From the NCBI GenBank assembly GCA_039715015.1, contig JBDLIE010000002.1:69422-133421 (forward strand): 64,000 nt of DNA, read 5' to 3'. Positions 26,808-35,983 of the stretch are shown here, piece by piece. The DNA comes from Thermodesulfobacteriota bacterium. Lineage in GTDB: Bacteria; Desulfobacterota; Desulfobulbia; Desulfobulbales; SURF-16. The translations under genes were made by a program, and so were the position numbers. The notes beneath the pieces are model-generated. The model was not told the DNA's origin, ran no database searches, and worked only from the letters and a program-made list of their open reading frames with translations. Positions within the stretch are counted from its first letter, which is position 1; every line of letters starts with the position of its first letter.

Positions 26808-28462
26808 GATGGAGCCTCGCCATCTTCCTCATTGTAACTTTCAAACGTATTGCTCTTATCACGAATAACTTCAAGCATGATCTTCACCAAGAAGGGGTCA
26901 AACTGCTTTCCTGACTGCACCTCAATCTCGTCCATAATTTCTTCCAAGTCCATTGGGTCACGGGCATAGTTGGGATTACTCATGGCAATAAAGGCATCCA
27001 CCAGGGAAAACAAACGGGCCCCCATGGGTATCTCGTAACCATCCAGGCCTTCTGGATAACCGCTGCCATCGTAATGTTCATGATGAAAGCGAAGTATTGC
27101 CCTCTCGTCAGCAAAAAAGTCAAAGAGTTCAGTGAGCTCTTTCAACATCAAAGGCTGGTCGCGAATGGCCTTTAGTTCTGCCTTATCAAGGGAACCTTCT
27201 TTATCGAGGGTGGCATCAGAAATAAAGAGACGCAAGAGATCGTGGAGCTTAAAGGAGCGATGAAAGGATTGAATGACATTATTGGGCAGATTAAGACGCT
27301 TACCTATGGCATTGACCATCCTGGCCGCCAACCTGTTACGTCGGCGTAAGGCGATGTGGTTTTTGGTCTGGCTGTGGACCATGGCCTCAAAGGAGGCAAG
27401 GGCTGAGGCTCTGGTTTTATCCAAAGTGTTACGCAGTCTTTCTCGAATACACAGCAGATCGTATTCTTCTCCGCCTTCGCAAGGCATATAGGGAGCCCTA
27501 ATCCCGGGCTCATAACAATTAACCCTGTTACGCCCTTGGGCCTTGGCCTGGTATAAGGCATGGTCTGCCTGTTCAATAAGATCAGCAGGATGCTTCATCC
27601 GAAAATCAAAAATGCTCAGCCCCACACTTACGGTAATCTGCAGGGTTATCTTCTTATGGGTAAAAACCGTTGAGGCTATGAGTTCACGAATTTTCTCAGC
27701 GATATTTAAGGCCCCGGCCTCAGAGGTGTCAGGCAGGGCGAGGACAAATTCTTCGCCGCCGTAGCGGGCCCAGATATCAGTCTGCCGTGTTTCAGACTGC
27801 ACCAAGCCGGCAAATTTCTTCAGGACAATATCGCCAACCTGGTGGCCATAGGAGTCGTTAACCTCCTTGAAAAAATCAATATCAAACATGAGCAGAGAAA
27901 AGGGGTGCTCGTGTCGTTTGGCTAAATAAAATTGATGGGCAAAGAGTTCTTGAAAATGAATGTGGTTATAGAGGCCGGTGAGACCATCACGGACAGCCTG
28001 CTGCTGCAGAAGCGTGTTTTGGTCACGAATAACATCATTTGCTTCCTGCAACTCGAGCTGGCGTTGATAAAGATCAAGATGGACTTTGAGTTTGGCCCTG
28101 AGGATTTCCGGCCTAATGGGCCGAAAAAGAAAGTCTACGCAACCGGCTTCATATCCTTTAAAAAAAAGTGCTTCATTCCTGCTGATATCTGCCAGAAGAA
28201 TAATGGGGATAAATTTTGTTTCAGCAGCATCCCGCAATTGATTGACGACCTGAAAATCATCGGAATCAGCAAATTCAATATCCATGAGGATCAAAGCGAC
28301 CTTATTGTCCAGCACAGCAGCAGAGACCATTTCAGGCTCTGCTACACGATGAACCGTTGCCGGGATCTTAGACAACTCGGCAACAATGTCCTGATAATTT
28401 GTCGAGCTGAATTCCGCCAAAAGAATATCGACGACGGGCTGTGATTCTGGAGAGATTGCCAT
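26804..28462 (-). CDS. REC-like / GGDEF diguanylate cyclase / degenerate HD-GYP protein
   Basis: DGLTGLYN, DIDFFKEVND, I-site RQTD, RYGGEEF. The C-terminal part has HHEHYDGSGYP but HDLLR in place of HDIGK. Confidence 0.88.
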   Translation of the reverse strand: MAISPESQPVVDILLAEFSSTNYQDIVAELSKIPATVHRVAEPEMVSAAVLDNKVALILMDIEFADSDDFQVVNQLRDAAETKFIPIILLADISRNEALFFKGYEAGCVDFLFRPIRPEILRAKLKVHLDLYQRQLELQEANDVIRDQNTLLQQQAVRDGLTGLYNHIHFQELFAHQFYLAKRHEHPFSLLMFDIDFFKEVNDSYGHQVGDIVLKKFAGLVQSETRQTDIWARYGGEEFVLALPDTSEAGALNIAEKIRELIASTVFTHKKITLQITVSVGLSIFDFRMKHPADLIEQADHALYQAKAQGRNRVNCYEPGIRAPYMPCEGGEEYDLLCIRERLRNTLDKTRASALASFEAMVHSQTKNHIALRRRNRLAARMVNAIGKRLNLPNNVIQSFHRSFKLHDLLRLFISDATLDKEGSLDKAELKAIRDQPLMLKELTELFDFFADERAILRFHHEHYDGSGYPEGLDGYEIPMGARLFSLVDAFIAMSNPNYARDPMDLEEIMDEIEVQSGKQFDPFLVKIMLEVIRDKSNTFESYNEEDGEAPS

Positions 28463-28626
28463 AAAAATCGTGGTCAGAAAATATACACTTTGATTACATA
28501 ATTATCTAACATTATGAACAAATGGGTCGAAGGAAGTCAATAAGACTTATATTTTAACCTGCCATTTCTCATTATAGCGCGTTATAATGAATAAATTTTT
28601 CGGTTAACTTAACAAGGGGGATGCAT

Positions 28627-29754
28627 ATGGGGGTCGACAACAAGGTGCTGCTTGAAAATCTCGAATGGTTTGACGAATCAGGCCAGGAAATGGTCAAACG
28701 TCTACCCAGCAAGGGTTCAGGCGAAATTAAGTTCGGCGCCCAACTCATTGTCCGCGAAAGCCAGGCAGCTATTCTTTTTTATAAAGGTAAGGCGTGTGAT
28801 GCCTTTGGCGCAGGTCGCCATACTCTCATGACCGGCAATATACCTATTGTCACCAAACTCCTTTCCGCCCCCTGGGGCATGAAAAGCCCCTTGCGAACTG
28901 AGGTGTATTTTGCAAACTTAAAGACATTTACCAATCTCAAATGGGGGACCCGTGATCCTGTTGCTTTTAAGGACAGCGACCTGGGTCTTATCAGAATCAG
29001 GGCCCATGGCGTCTTTAATATCCGCATCATCCAGCCTGTTCTCTTTATCAACACCCTTGTCGGTACCATGGGCAGACTCACCTCTGCCGAAATTAGCGAT
29101 TATCTAAAGAGGGTTATTATTTCCCGCTTCAACGATTATCTAGGGAAAAAGCTGGACACCATCTTCAACCTGCCCGGCAAATATGAAGAACTTTCCGAAG
29201 GCCTCCAGACCAAATTAGCAGAAGACTTCAGCCATTTCGGTCTGGACTTGAGTCAACTCTACATAACCTCCATCACGCCACCTCCAGAGGTCCAAAAATC
29301 CATTGACGACCAGAGCCGCATAAGTGTCATCAAAGATATGGATAAGCTTGTCCACCTTAAGGCTGCTGCAGCCATGGAAAAGGCCGCAGAAAATCCAAGT
29401 GGTAATGCTGCGGCGGGCATGGGCATGGGCATGGGCTATATGATGCCGGCCATGTTTGCCGGATCATTGACCGGTAAGGGCGGAAATGGCAGCCAACCCC
29501 AAGAAGAAATCAACTGCCCTGACTGTCATGGCCAGATTCCGTCATCGTCGCGTTTTTGCCCGCTCTGCGGTCACCAGCTTCTGGTACTGCGCCAATGTGC
29601 ACATTGTAGTAAAAACCTGATGCCCACTGCCAAATTCTGTTCGAGATGTGGTCATCCTGCTGATGAAAAACCGAAGGAACAGGTGTGCCCAACCTGCAAA
29701 AACAAAAATCTACCGGGGGCTCTTTTTTGTAATAATTGTGGGGAGAAACTGTAG
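28627..29754 (+). CDS. SPFH (band 7-like, YdjI-type) protein with C-terminal zinc ribbons
   Basis: QLIVRESQ.A, KWGT..P, GMGMGMG linker, six CxxC pairs. Confidence 0.85.
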   Translation: MGVDNKVLLENLEWFDESGQEMVKRLPSKGSGEIKFGAQLIVRESQAAILFYKGKACDAFGAGRHTLMTGNIPIVTKLLSAPWGMKSPLRTEVYFANLKTFTNLKWGTRDPVAFKDSDLGLIRIRAHGVFNIRIIQPVLFINTLVGTMGRLTSAEISDYLKRVIISRFNDYLGKKLDTIFNLPGKYEELSEGLQTKLAEDFSHFGLDLSQLYITSITPPPEVQKSIDDQSRISVIKDMDKLVHLKAAAAMEKAAENPSGNAAAGMGMGMGYMMPAMFAGSLTGKGGNGSQPQEEINCPDCHGQIPSSSRFCPLCGHQLLVLRQCAHCSKNLMPTAKFCSRCGHPADEKPKEQVCPTCKNKNLPGALFCNNCGEKL

Positions 29755-29766
29755 GAAACAGAATTT

Positions 29767-30990
29767 ATGGATCTTACAGTCCTTCAACAATGCCAGCAAT
29801 GTGGCGGCGAGGTGGAACTTACGGAAACAGATCGGGTGCTGACCTGCCCTTTTTGTGGTGTGCGTAATGTTTTGGCCCGTGGTATGGCACGGTTTGTTCT
29901 GCCCCATATCCAGCGCTCCGGTGAACTGGTCCATGTTCCCTATCTGCGCTGCAAAGGCTCTGTTTTTTCTTGCCATCGAACCGGGGTAAGCCACCGCGTC
30001 GTTGATACCACTGTTGCTGCGGTGCCGATTAATGTCCTGCCACCCACCTTGGGATACCGTCCCCAGGCCATGAAGCTGCACTATGCCTCTGACAATCTTG
30101 AAACCACCTATCTAAAAAACAAGATATCCCTTGAACAAGCCATAGACATGGCCGGCGCATTCCATCAGGCAGCAGCAAACAGTGGTCCTTCCCTGCACCA
30201 GGAATGGATCGGTGAAACAATTAGCCTCATCTACCTGCCGCTTATCGTTGATAACGATACGGTTTTTGATGGCGTCACCGGTGACCCTCTAGCCAAGTTG
30301 CCGGACAGCCGCAATGTCTTCAAATCCATTTCCCAACCGTCACTGGATTGGCAGATTAAACTTCTCCCCACCATGTGCCCCAACTGTGGCTGGGACCTGA
30401 GCTGCGAGCAGGAAAGCGTCGTCCTTTTCTGTCCTAATTGCGACACCGCCTGGCAGGAGTCAGGCGGTAAACTAACAGGCGTTCCATTTGAGACAGTTCC
30501 GGCAAAGGGAGAGGATGCCATCCATCTCCCCTTTTGGCGTCTGGAAGTAGACTTTGACGGCATTGCCATTCATTCCCTGGCTGATTTTCTCAGGGTTACT
30601 AATATTCCCAGGGCTATCAAACCTGAATGGGAAGATGTGGAGATGGCCTTCTTCTGCCCGGCCTTTAAGATAAGACCAAAGATATTCCTGCGTATCGCAA
30701 GCCAGCTCACCGCAGCCCAACTACCGACTGAAGGTGAGACAAAGACGCCTGCTGATTTTGCTCCTGTTTCTCTGGAAGGTTCGGAGGCCGAAGAGAGCAT
30801 CAAGCTCATCTTAGCCTCAGCCACCATCGCCAAAAAAAATGTTCTCCCCAAACTCCCTGAGATTTCGGTGAGTATTCGCCGCAACCAGCTTCTCTTCTTG
30901 CCCTTTTTCGACAATGGCTACGAATTCTGCCAAGAAGAAATGAAGGTGGTGATCAACAAACAAATACTGCAACTTGGTAAAAAATTATAG
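29767..30990 (+). CDS. hypothetical zinc-ribbon protein
   Basis: CQQC/CPFC at the N-terminus and CPNC/CPNC internally; in an operon with the SPFH gene. Confidence 0.7.
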   Translation: MDLTVLQQCQQCGGEVELTETDRVLTCPFCGVRNVLARGMARFVLPHIQRSGELVHVPYLRCKGSVFSCHRTGVSHRVVDTTVAAVPINVLPPTLGYRPQAMKLHYASDNLETTYLKNKISLEQAIDMAGAFHQAAANSGPSLHQEWIGETISLIYLPLIVDNDTVFDGVTGDPLAKLPDSRNVFKSISQPSLDWQIKLLPTMCPNCGWDLSCEQESVVLFCPNCDTAWQESGGKLTGVPFETVPAKGEDAIHLPFWRLEVDFDGIAIHSLADFLRVTNIPRAIKPEWEDVEMAFFCPAFKIRPKIFLRIASQLTAAQLPTEGETKTPADFAPVSLEGSEAEESIKLILASATIAKKNVLPKLPEISVSIRRNQLLFLPFFDNGYEFCQEEMKVVINKQILQLGKKL

Positions 30991-31064
30991 ATAATAGAAG
31001 CAGTTGGATATCCCAAAGGGAGATCCCTAGGGGCCAACCCTCTCACCTTGACATAGAAGAACTC

Positions 31065-31610
31065 ATGGCAACCAGCATAGAACAGAAAAAAATTTTTCGA
31101 ATCCTGGAATTCAACAAGGGACAGGTTATTTTCAAAGAGGGACAGACCGCAGCACATGCCTTCCTGATTCGTGCCGGCAAGGTTGCACTTTATCAAGATG
31201 TGGATGGCCACAGAGTTTTTGTCGCCTTTATGGTTCCCGGCCAGATCTTGGGAGAAATGGCGATTATAACCGGTGAGCCCCGCTCTGCCACAGCTGAAGC
31301 GGCAGAGTACTCAGAACTCTTGGTCATGGACCAGAAAACATTACAAAATGCCCTTAATGGCATTCTTCCTATCATCAAGGCCCTTCTCAACCAGCTGATC
31401 ACCCGCATCAAAAGAACAGACAAAAAAAATCCCCCCCGAGCCGGGGCCGTGACAAAAAACCAGCGCCGCATTGATGAATTGGAAAGGACTATTAGGACGA
31501 TTCATGGCGAGGCCAGAGACTGGCTGCTGGCCCACCCGGAAATGGACCCCAACTCCAGGCAATGCCTGGATATGATAAGCCGCACCTGCGAAAAAACTCT
31601 CCAGCCATAA
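31065..31610 (+). CDS. cyclic-nucleotide-binding domain protein
   Basis: IFKEG...GEMAI...PRSATA phosphate-binding cassette; no obvious HTH. Confidence 0.85.
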   Translation: MATSIEQKKIFRILEFNKGQVIFKEGQTAAHAFLIRAGKVALYQDVDGHRVFVAFMVPGQILGEMAIITGEPRSATAEAAEYSELLVMDQKTLQNALNGILPIIKALLNQLITRIKRTDKKNPPRAGAVTKNQRRIDELERTIRTIHGEARDWLLAHPEMDPNSRQCLDMISRTCEKTLQP

Positions 31611-31615
31611 ACAAC

Positions 31616-31649
31616 AAAAGGGGCGCAACCGTAAAAGTTACGCCCCTTT
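31616..31649. terminator. bidirectional terminator
   Basis: AAAAGGGGGCG...CGCCCCTTT inverted repeat between convergent genes. Confidence 0.75.
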
Positions 31650-31694
31650 CTTATTAAATCGACTTCGACTTGTTAACTTTTTTCTCTTGCTGGA

Positions 31695-33071
31695 CTAGAG
31701 CCCATTCTCCTCCACAAAGGCCTTGACCTGGTCGGCCTCGGCATCAAGAATCTGGCAGCGGCTCTCCCTGTCCTCAAGACCAGTGACGCTGGGAGGCAGA
31801 TCAGGTTCTTTACCGATGGCCTGCTGTACAGCCTCGCCGAATTTGGCAGGATGGGCCGTTGAAAGACAGACCATGGGCACCTCATCAGCAACAAAATGCA
31901 GTCCGGCCCTCACTCCCACCGCTGTGTGGGGATCTAAGACATAACCATTCTTCTTGTAGAAATCCGCAATGGTCTCAATGGTTTGGGGCTGGTTGACGGT
32001 CTCGGTGAGAAAATTCTCCCTGGTTTTCTGTTGAGCAGCAGCATCAAAATCAAGACGTCCACTGGCGGCAAAACTCTCCATGGCCTCTCTGGTCCGTTTG
32101 CTGTCCTCATCATATAGATAATAGAGGAAGCGCTCAAAGTTGCTGGCCACCTGGATATCCATGGACGGGCTGGTGGTCTGCACCACCTTCCCTAGGGAAT
32201 ATTCGCCTTGAGCCACAAAACGGCTGAGCAGATCATTCTCGTTGGTGGCCAGAACCAGATGACGGATATGTTCCGGCAACATCCGGCGAGCAATAAAACC
32301 GGCAAAGATGTCACCAAAATTGCCGGTGGGCACGGAAAAATCCACCTTCCCCTTAAACCGAAGGGCGGCATAGATATAATAAACCACCTGGGCAACGATA
32401 CGGGCCCAGTTAATGGAATTAATCGCTCCTAGACCATGTTTGTCCTTAAAATCAAGGTCATTAAAAATACTCTTGACAATGGCCTGACCATCATCAAAGG
32501 TGCCGCGGATGGCAATATTAAAAACATTGGCGTCCACCACCGTGGTCATCTGTAATTCCTGAATACGGCTCACCCGTTTATGGGGATGGATGATAAAGAT
32601 ATTTATCCGCTCCTTCCCCCGTACGCCATAGATGGCAGCACTGCCCGTATCACCGCTGGTGGCGCCGAGAATATTCATACGCTGGTCGCTCTCTTCAAGC
32701 AGATATTCAAAAACATTGCCCAAAAACTGCAGGGCAACATCCTTAAAAGCCAGAGTGGGGCCATGGAAAAGCTCCATGATATGGACCTTACCCTGCTTCA
32801 CCACAGGGGTCACATCAGGGTGGGTGAAGGTGGCATAGGAACGCCGGACAATATCCTTAAGATCTGCCTGGGGAATATCCGGAGCAAAGAGGCTGATCAC
32901 CTCATAGGAGAGATCAGCAAACTTAAGTCCCTGCCATTTTTTTACGGTCTCCTTTGAGATAACAGGGATGGTGTCAGGCAGTAGGAGACCGCCATCACGG
33001 GCAAGGCCCATCATAACCGCCTCTTTAAAACCAATGGGCTCTATGCCGCCCCGCGTACTGATATATTTCAT
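31695..33071 (-). CDS. thrC: threonine synthase
   Basis: MKYISTRG, ELFHGPTLAFKD, ATSGDTG, NSINWAR, PTGNFG, TAHPAKF. Confidence 0.97.
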   Translation of the reverse strand: MKYISTRGGIEPIGFKEAVMMGLARDGGLLLPDTIPVISKETVKKWQGLKFADLSYEVISLFAPDIPQADLKDIVRRSYATFTHPDVTPVVKQGKVHIMELFHGPTLAFKDVALQFLGNVFEYLLEESDQRMNILGATSGDTGSAAIYGVRGKERINIFIIHPHKRVSRIQELQMTTVVDANVFNIAIRGTFDDGQAIVKSIFNDLDFKDKHGLGAINSINWARIVAQVVYYIYAALRFKGKVDFSVPTGNFGDIFAGFIARRMLPEHIRHLVLATNENDLLSRFVAQGEYSLGKVVQTTSPSMDIQVASNFERFLYYLYDEDSKRTREAMESFAASGRLDFDAAAQQKTRENFLTETVNQPQTIETIADFYKKNGYVLDPHTAVGVRAGLHFVADEVPMVCLSTAHPAKFGEAVQQAIGKEPDLPPSVTGLEDRESRCQILDAEADQVKAFVEENGL

Positions 33072-33123
33072 TGTCTCTTTCTATTTATAAATGATGAAAT
33101 CAAAAAAAAATCTAAACTCGACA

Positions 33124-34668
33124 TTAAAACAGACTCTCGCCTTCCATTTCAGCTGGAACATTTAAATCAAGAAGCCTGAGAATAGTCGGGGCAATATCCT
33201 TTAAGGCGCCTCCGTTATGGAGTTCTTTTCCTCTCAGGACATCATTGACAAGGATAAAAGGTACCGGGTTCAAGGTATGGGCTGTATAAGGCTCCTTGGC
33301 TTTGGGGTCATACATCTTATCGGAATTGCCATGATCCGCGGTGATAAGTACTGAGCCGGAGAGTTCCTGCACCTTGTTAACCAGCTTACCAAGGCAGCTA
33401 TCCACGGTCTCACAGGCAGCGATGGCAGCCTGCTGAATACCGGTATGGCCAACCATGTCGGCATTGGCAAAGTTGAGGATAATCAGGTCAAAAAAACCGC
33501 TGTCAAGCTTGGCCAGTAAGGCGTCGGTAACCTCCACGGCGCTCATGGCCGGTTTTTCATCATAGGTGGCCACCTCACGCGGCGAATCGATCAGCAGCCT
33601 CTCTTCGCCGGGATAGGGCTCTTCCCGGCCACCGTTAAAAAAGAAGGTGACATGGGCATACTTCTCAGTTTCGGCAATGCGTAACTGCTTGAGACCGGCA
33701 GTACTCACCTCCTCGCCAAGGATATGATCAAGCTCCAAGGGCGGGAAGAGGATGGGCAGATCAAAGACCTTGTCATATTGGGTCATCATCACGTACTCGC
33801 TTAAGCGAGGCCGGTTGCCCACATCAAAACCGTCGAAATCAGGGAGGGTGAAGGCCCGGGTCAACTCCCGGGCCCGGTCAGCACGGAAATTAAAAAAGAT
33901 CACTGCATCGTCATCATTTACAGTGGCAATAGGTCGCCCATTTTTCTGAAGAACAATGGGCTTAATGAACTCATCGGTTTCCTGACGCTGGTAAGCGGCC
34001 TTAATCGCCTCCACAGGCTCTTCCGGGCCGCCAACACCTTGACCAGAGACCAAGGCGTCCCAGGCCAGCTTTACCCGTCCCCAGCGGTTATCACGATCCA
34101 TGGCATAATAGCGACCAGTGATGGTGGCGACCTTGCCGCGACCTATCTTGGCAAGACCATCAACCAGATCAGTCAGATAGCCAGCGCCACTGCTTGGCGG
34201 CGTGTCACGGCCATCCATGAAGGCGTGGATAAAAATCTGCTCGACGCCCCTTTCCGCTGCTGCGGCAACAAGGGCGAGGAGATGCTTGAGGTGGCTGTGT
34301 ACGCCGCCGTCTGAAACCAGACCGAGAAAATGGAGGGCTGATTTTTTAGTGTGAACCTTATCCAAGGCTTTAATCAATATCCCGTTGGTGGCCAAAGCAC
34401 CCTCTGCCACCGCCTTATTGATGCGTGTAAAATCCTGGTACACTACGCGGCCAGCACCGATATTGAGATGACCGACCTCAGAGTTGCCCATCTGTCCTTC
34501 AGGCAGGCCCACAGCGCCGTTATGGGCAAGAAGGGTGGTGGCAGGATACTCGGCCTGCCACTTGTCCATATTGGGAGTGTTGGCCATGTGGATCGCATTG
34601 GTGTCAGTTTTTTCACCCACGCCCCAGCCATCAAGAATAGCCAGCAAAACTGGTTTTTTTGCCGTCAT
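33124..34668 (-). CDS. gpmI: 2,3-bisphosphoglycerate-independent phosphoglycerate mutase
   Basis: ILDGWG, GQMGNSEVGH, DGRDT, GRYYAMDRD, AETEKYAHVT, DMVGHTG. Confidence 0.97.
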   Translation of the reverse strand: MTAKKPVLLAILDGWGVGEKTDTNAIHMANTPNMDKWQAEYPATTLLAHNGAVGLPEGQMGNSEVGHLNIGAGRVVYQDFTRINKAVAEGALATNGILIKALDKVHTKKSALHFLGLVSDGGVHSHLKHLLALVAAAAERGVEQIFIHAFMDGRDTPPSSGAGYLTDLVDGLAKIGRGKVATITGRYYAMDRDNRWGRVKLAWDALVSGQGVGGPEEPVEAIKAAYQRQETDEFIKPIVLQKNGRPIATVNDDDAVIFFNFRADRARELTRAFTLPDFDGFDVGNRPRLSEYVMMTQYDKVFDLPILFPPLELDHILGEEVSTAGLKQLRIAETEKYAHVTFFFNGGREEPYPGEERLLIDSPREVATYDEKPAMSAVEVTDALLAKLDSGFFDLIILNFANADMVGHTGIQQAAIAACETVDSCLGKLVNKVQELSGSVLITADHGNSDKMYDPKAKEPYTAHTLNPVPFILVNDVLRGKELHNGGALKDIAPTILRLLDLNVPAEMEGESLF

Positions 34669-34670
34669 AC

Positions 34671-35042
34671 CTACTCCACATCCACCCGGGGGGCGTCATG
34701 CCATAGCCCCTCTAGGTCATAAAATTCACGGGACTCGTGGTAGAAAATATGAACCACCACATCGCCATAGTCGAGCAGCACCCAGTGTCCTTCACTGAAA
34801 CCTTCGATCTTCTTCTGGCTCATCCTTTTTTTGCTCATGTACTGACCGATGGTATCGGCCAGGCCCTGGACATGTCTGGTGGACCGGCCACTCATAATGA
34901 CAAAATAATCAGCAAATGAGGAAATACCACGGACATCTAGAACAACAAGGTCCTCAGCTTTTTTTTCCAGGGCAGCCTGACTGAGCAACTGAGCAATATC
35001 AAGGCTTGATTTGTCAGATAGTGATTTATGGATTTTTTTCAT
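34671..35042 (-). CDS. rsfS: ribosome silencing factor
   Basis: KKAEDLVVLD, DYFVI.SG.S.RHV, WVLLDYGDVVVHIF...R.FYDLE.LW. Confidence 0.95.
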   Translation of the reverse strand: MKKIHKSLSDKSSLDIAQLLSQAALEKKAEDLVVLDVRGISSFADYFVIMSGRSTRHVQGLADTIGQYMSKKRMSQKKIEGFSEGHWVLLDYGDVVVHIFYHESREFYDLEGLWHDAPRVDVE

Positions 35043-35650
35043 TTCTTACGCACTATTCCAAAATGTTCAGCCAGAAAGCTGGTTAATTCCCAATGCCAGA
35101 TATCGGGCTGGTCAAGATAACAGGGATGAGGGGCGCCCTGGACAAGCACCAGACTTGCCTCTGGGATTTGATCGGCAAGGATATGGCCATTTGCCAGCGG
35201 AGAGATAGCATCCTCGCTGCCCCACACAACAAGTGTTGGGACTTTAATTCCTGAGAGCTGTTCCTTTCTCTCTTCCACTCCCACGGCACCAACAAGCACC
35301 AAGCCGCCGACAAATTCGGGATGGGCCAGGACAAAATCGAGGGCAACCTTGCCCCCCATGGAAGGGCCGACAATAATCGGTTTATCAAGCTTCTGGTTAA
35401 TAACAACCTGCTTAAGCACCTTCACCGGATCAATGTCATTGGCAGGGGATTTCCCAAAACCAGGAAGATCAAGGGCCACAGCCTCGTATCCCTCGCCGCC
35501 GAGCATGTCCAGGGTCCCTAGTTCGCGCCAGGTATCGGCATTGAACTTCATGCCATGGAGAAAAAGGAGTGTTCGTCCACCAGTTCCGGCGGCCTTTAAA
35601 AGATGAATTTCACAATCACCTACAGATATGTTTTGATCAACAAGTGCCAT
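35039..35650 (-). CDS. alpha/beta hydrolase (ABHD14-like)
   Basis: LHGMKF, DLPGFG, GPSMGG, WGSED, HPCYLD; start taken as MALVDQ at 35650. Confidence 0.85.
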   Translation of the reverse strand: MALVDQNISVGDCEIHLLKAAGTGGRTLLFLHGMKFNADTWRELGTLDMLGGEGYEAVALDLPGFGKSPANDIDPVKVLKQVVINQKLDKPIIVGPSMGGKVALDFVLAHPEFVGGLVLVGAVGVEERKEQLSGIKVPTLVVWGSEDAISPLANGHILADQIPEASLVLVQGAPHPCYLDQPDIWHWELTSFLAEHFGIVRKK

Positions 35651-35983
35651 ATTCGTCTCGCTTGATTCTATGGGAAAAATCGACAAATTATCTACTATTA
35701 AACAAAACAATCTACTTAGTAGATTTTTCCGCCCCCGTCCACAGGAAAGAAAAGCTTCTTCACGCCCAGCCAGTAAAGGGCAAATCTACCCTTACGGGCA
35801 CCGCCCTTTTTCAACGTTTGACATCCCTGCCCGGTAGGGTATAATCTCGCGACATTTTTAGACAATTAATAATGGTTTCCTCATGCCATTAAACAACAGC
35901 TTCGGGCATCTCTTCAACCAGCCGGATTTATAGGCGCCGAACATTTTACCCTTGGGCGCCAGCCATCCTCCATGGAGTATTAA

